Source of the DNA: Nitrospirota bacterium
GTDB taxonomy: Bacteria; Nitrospirota; Thermodesulfovibrionia; UBA6902
Length of the DNA: 64,000 bases
Assembly (NCBI GenBank): GCA_016208905.1
Contig: JACQXG010000052.1
Coordinates: 551-64,550, forward strand
Reading direction: 5' to 3'
Under the pieces are notes generated by a model that saw only the letters and a program-made list of their open reading frames with translations, ran no database searches and was not told the origin of the DNA. Positions 60,557-64,000 of this stretch are shown here, piece by piece. Each line of letters opens with the position of its first letter. Position 1 is the stretch's first letter. The translations under genes were made by a program, and so were the position numbers.

Positions 60557-61957
60557 TTACCATCCAAATTTTAAGGTTTTCATAAAGTAGTAAAAATCAT
60601 AAAAAAGCTCACCCGTCTTAATATCTCTAACTATTCTCTTAAGTAGAAAATTTGGAGAAAGCATTAACTCCCTCCAAAACTTCTTGTAATAAGTAAAAAT
60701 CTCTTCATCTGTTAAATTTGGGTGCCTGTAAACTCTTTTAGATGAATGAAAAGAATAGTCCTCCCATTTTTTAGTTAAAATTAATCCTTTTTTATCCCAT
60801 TCTTCAAACAAAGGAGTCCCTGGAAGAGGAAGAAGAATACTTGTTTTAGGCATAGTTGGTTTTACTTCTTTCATTAAATCTATTGTTTTTTGCATTGATT
60901 CCTTAGTATCTCCTGGCAGCCCCATCATACAAAATGCTACTGACTCAATCCCTACTTTATTTGCCAGTTTAAATGCCATTCTTATTTTTGGCAGGGTTAT
61001 CCCTTTATTTATTATCTTGAGTACACTTTCATCTCCGGATTCAACCCCAAATGCTATTCTGTAGCACCCTGCTTGTTTTAATTTTTTAAGAAGTTCTTCA
61101 TCAACTCTATCCACCCTTATCCCATTTATTAGAGACCATGTGAAACATAGTTTTCTATTTATTATCTCATCACAAATCTTTTTTGCTCTCTCTAAATCAG
61201 TAGAAAACATATCATCAAGGATATGTATCTCTTTAAATCCAGCTCTTAACATCTGTTCTATATCTTTTACAACCCTCTCAACTGATTTTTTCCTAAATTG
61301 TCTCTTGAAAGTACATTTGCTACAATAAACACACCCATATGTACACCCTCTACTTGTCTCTAGAGGACCTACAGGATTTCTTTTGCAGGAGATTCTAGGA
61401 GTTTTGTACTTAGAAAGATCAAACAAGTGCCAAGCTGGAAAAGGAAGATTATCTATATTCTGAATTAACTCTCTTGGTTTATTAGTTTCTATTTTTCCGC
61501 AATCTCTATACAAAATCCCTTTTATTTCGTTTAATTTTTTATTTTGCGCTATCTCTCTTATTGTCTCTTCTCCTTCTCCTACAACCACAATATCAAAATC
61601 AACTTCTTTGATAGATTCATAAAAAAGAGCAGATATATGCGGGCCTCCAGCAATTATTTTAATTTCTTTGTTTAATTTCTTTATATATGAAACAAGGTTA
61701 CTTGCCTCTTTAAACAAGGGAGTTGTAAAGGTTATCCCAATATAATCCGGAGAGAAAGAACCTATACATTTCTTCAAATCAAGTAACGGATATTCAGATA
61801 ATCTTAAATCAAGTATCTTCACTTCTTGTTTTTCCTCTAATAAAACAGCAGCAAGATTTGCTAAAGAAGCATAAGGGAGCAAAGGTACTGCAACACTTAT
61901 TTTGGATTTCTTGAAGATGTCTTGTGTTTCTGGCGTGCTAATTAAAAGATATTTCAT
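60557..61957 (-). CDS. cobalamin(B12)-binding radical SAM enzyme, AT-rich third paralogue
   Basis: 466 aa. It has an N-terminal B12-binding-like fold and the CxxxCxxC motif CTYGCVYC. The blocks FGVESGDESVL / MMGLPGDT are collinear with LGIESGDPEML / MMGLPGET of ORF 6894..8327. Two 60-nt lines spot-counted at 30% GC. Confidence 0.8.
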   Translation of the reverse strand: MKYLLISTPETQDIFKKSKISVAVPLLPYASLANLAAVLLEEKQEVKILDLRLSEYPLLDLKKCIGSFSPDYIGITFTTPLFKEASNLVSYIKKLNKEIKIIAGGPHISALFYESIKEVDFDIVVVGEGEETIREIAQNKKLNEIKGILYRDCGKIETNKPRELIQNIDNLPFPAWHLFDLSKYKTPRISCKRNPVGPLETSRGCTYGCVYCSKCTFKRQFRKKSVERVVKDIEQMLRAGFKEIHILDDMFSTDLERAKKICDEIINRKLCFTWSLINGIRVDRVDEELLKKLKQAGCYRIAFGVESGDESVLKIINKGITLPKIRMAFKLANKVGIESVAFCMMGLPGDTKESMQKTIDLMKEVKPTMPKTSILLPLPGTPLFEEWDKKGLILTKKWEDYSFHSSKRVYRHPNLTDEEIFTYYKKFWRELMLSPNFLLKRIVRDIKTGELFYDFYYFMKTLKFGW

Positions 61958-62565
61958 TCTAGGATATTTTTAAATAATTTAAACCCATTAAAAATGTGAT
62001 TTTCCCCGCTACTGTCAAGCCTTAATATCCAGGCATCAGCATTGCAATTGCGATTTCGGATATTAGATTGATGAATATGGCTCTTGTCTCGTGATTGTTG
62101 GTCTCCCTCGATTCAACAACGGCATTTGATCCGTCTGCGTTTCTGATTATTTAATATGAGCCTAAAGTTGTTCCTGAAGAAATAACCACCCCTGTAATAC
62201 ATTCACTGCTTAAGCTGAACCCATGCGTGGGTGCACTTCTGCTGCCCAATGGCCCACATCAATTTCTGTGTCGATTGAGAGACAGCATTTAGCAATTATG
62301 TGATTTATAGGGCCCGTGATTTATCCCCGTAAGATTATTATCAATATGGACTTTATCTATGTCAAGAGAAATATCATTTATTGTCATTTAAGAGCCAAAT
62401 CACGCGAGGAGTTTCATCGATTATTGCCAATTGCAATCTTCAATGCTTTATAAGATTCTGGTTTAAGGAGTTACGTCTTCCGCTAGTCCTTTTTAAGTGT
62501 CTTGGGCAGATTCTTTATGGATTTAAAAAATATCGAAGCACGATTATGATAACGATGCAGAAATG

Positions 62566-62835
62566 TTATTTTTCACGTTTAAATAACAGAAAGGCAACAA
62601 CCGCAATAGCAGTTATAGAAAAAAGCTCAGCAATAATCAGATTAGCGTCGATAGTTACAGCTCCCGCTGTCTCTATCTCCCATGGATACATCTGTATTAA
62701 TTTTATTCTAAAATGATGTCCGATAAATTTTCTAACGCCATTTGGGAAATGTCTGACATATGGCACATATATAAATCCTAAAAATACAACGGCATAAACA
62801 TATATAATCAGGATAATCTTTTGGCGCCTTCCCAT
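62566..62835 (-). CDS. small membrane protein (89 aa, two hydrophobic helices), function unknown
   Basis: The RBS AAGGAGGAGAA lies directly upstream of the ATG. The hydrophobic segments are IILIIYVYAVVFLGFIYV and LIIAELFSITAIAVVAFLLF. Confidence 0.55.
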   Translation of the reverse strand: MGRRQKIILIIYVYAVVFLGFIYVPYVRHFPNGVRKFIGHHFRIKLIQMYPWEIETAGAVTIDANLIIAELFSITAIAVVAFLLFKREK

Positions 62836-63268
62836 TTCTCCTCCTTATGTCGCTTTCTTTATCTTAAATATACCAGTTTGTTATCCGTTCTTTTCCCTTA
62901 AAGCCATTAGTAAAGTCAAATCTGATTTCAATTTTGATTTTGTTTGGCAATATCCTTTTACAGGCAGGGATTATTCCTTATCGAATACATTGAAATATGG
63001 TCAATAGCTTATTGGATAGTGATATTATATTACAATAATTACTTAATTTCATTATTAATAATTCGACCTCTTTTGCTATAAATCTATTGCATATACTTTC
63101 AGCTCATCTAAATCAGAATTTGTGTAATTAGCAGATATATGATTTTTCATCAGCCTTGCAATTATCAGTCATAATGTTATAAAACATTAAAAACATAATT
63201 GCAGTACTGTAACCAACTATAAAATACCTGGGATTTTTTTTAAAAGTACGCTGAAGAAAAAGGAAATT

Positions 63269-64000
63269 ATGAGTCAAGTCAAAAAAATAGTAAATGACGA
63301 AATATTTGAATGGATCAAAGACATCAGAAGGGCCATCCACCAATGGCCCGAACTGGGATTTAAAGAAGAAAAAACAGCAGCCCTGATTTCCAGAGCGCTT
63401 AAAAAGCTTGGCATAAAATATCAAACACAGATCGCTCAGACAGGAGTAGTTGGAAGGTTAATAACAAATGAGAATGCGCCGACAATCGCCCTCCGGGCCG
63501 ATATGGACGCTCTTCCAATAACTGAGGATACAGGCCTGCCTTTTGCGTCGCAAAACCCGGGGATAATGCACGCCTGCGGACACGACGGTCATGTAGCTAT
63601 CATATTAGGTGCTGCAGCTGTTTTAAATGAAAAGCCTCCGGAGGGCAATGTGGTATTCATATTTCAGCCTGCCGAAGAAAGCGAAGGCGGCGCTAAACCA
63701 ATGATTGAACAGGGTGCCCTCAAGGGTGTTAATGTTATCTTCGGAGGACACATTGAAGGACATTACCAGGTGGGCGAGATCGGAATTAAAACAGGGGTCC
63801 ATACATCATATACCGACTATTTTGAGATAAGGATTACCGGGAAAGGAGGACATGCTGCGCGGCCTCATGAGGCCGTTGATGCCGTGATTATCGCAAGCCA
63901 GCTTGTCGTTAATCTTCAGACAATCATATCACGGGAAATAGACCCTGTTTTCCCGGCGGTAATAACTGTCGGCTATTTAAGATCAGGATCAGTCTATAAC
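63269..64000 (+). CDS. M20D-family amidohydrolase (N-acyl-amino-acid amidohydrolase / hippurate hydrolase-like), 3' end outside the window
   Basis: My translation is MSQVKKIVNDEIFEWIKDIRRAIHQWPELGFKEEKT...ALRADMDALP...MHACGHDGH...FQPAEE. It is open to nt 64000 and absent from the track because no stop is reached. The RBS is AAAGGAAA. Confidence 0.8.
   Translation, partial: MSQVKKIVNDEIFEWIKDIRRAIHQWPELGFKEEKTAALISRALKKLGIKYQTQIAQTGVVGRLITNENAPTIALRADMDALPITEDTGLPFASQNPGIMHACGHDGHVAIILGAAAVLNEKPPEGNVVFIFQPAEESEGGAKPMIEQGALKGVNVIFGGHIEGHYQVGEIGIKTGVHTSYTDYFEIRITGKGGHAARPHEAVDAVIIASQLVVNLQTIISREIDPVFPAVITVGYLRSGSVYN

Noticed and set aside
62022-62387. Possible decayed gene on the minus strand upstream of the third rSAM (fragments MTINDISLDIDKVHIDNNLTGINHGPYKSHNC*, …GVVISSGTTLGSY*, IIRNADGSNAVVESRETNNHETRAIFINLISEIAIAMLMPGY*)
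   Set aside because: The fragments lie in three different frames, and I could not recognise any family. In AT-rich DNA, short open stretches are expected by chance. This cannot be supported without a database search (blastx of 61958-62400).
62381-62716. 111-aa plus-strand ORF, and the 98-aa minus-strand ORF at 63128..63424
   Set aside because: The first overlaps the better-supported 89-aa minus-strand membrane protein (strong RBS) and has a TTG start with no RBS. The second overlaps the 5' end of the clearly recognisable plus-strand M20 amidohydrolase gene.

Overview
This is a 64-kb chromosomal window from a Gram-negative-type bacterium, judged from TonB, a PagL-like lipid A deacylase and lipoprotein signal peptides. 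GC content is uneven and generally low: my spot counts on single 60-nt lines run from about 30% to about 50%. The lineage cannot be fixed by eye. A sigma-54 enhancer-binding protein, two-CW domains, futalosine hydrolase, HspR/HAIR heat-shock control and many TPR proteins suggest an uncultivated anaerobe of the Desulfobacterota, Nitrospirota or Planctomycetota kind, but this is inference only.

I count roughly 55 protein genes. Most are housekeeping:
- a Mur ligase, thrC, a PBP5-type carboxypeptidase and recQ
- a dnaJ-hspR-clpB operon, uvrA, a sigma-54 EBP and rpoD
- a DHH-CBS-CCA fusion enzyme, prfB, nth and birA-coaX
- cdaA-cdaR-glmM and an initiator tRNA-fMet

Features I added that the ORF track misses are the upstream exon and +1 frameshift site of prfB, a 55-aa zinc-ribbon ORF, a 57-aa Trm112 ORF, a 21-aa Ala/Lys micro-ORF, a 3'-truncated M20 amidohydrolase at the right edge, and the tRNA.

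The stand-out candidate for an undescribed system is a 9.5-kb, eight-gene, translationally coupled minus-strand operon (6894-16395). It encodes a ketosynthase, a catalytically dead KS partner, an ACP, an HxxxD acyltransferase, a flavoenzyme, two cobalamin radical-SAM enzymes and an acyl-AMP ligase. I cannot match this combination to any characterised lipid or polyketide pathway.

Secondary points of interest:
- two-CW cysteine-rich sensor modules, one stand-alone and one fused to GGDEF-PilZ
- a sigma-54 EBP followed by twin palindromes, a -24/-12-like promoter and four tiny genes (two Cys-rich, one STAS) that run into rpoD
- a HAIR-like operator overlapping the dnaJ promoter
- a dispersed family of octamer-periodic GNRCAAAG intergenic arrays
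- several long perfect inverted repeats
- an AT-rich segment carrying a third B12-rSAM next to tRNA-fMet

I recognised no CRISPR array, rRNA, transposase, integrase or phage genes.
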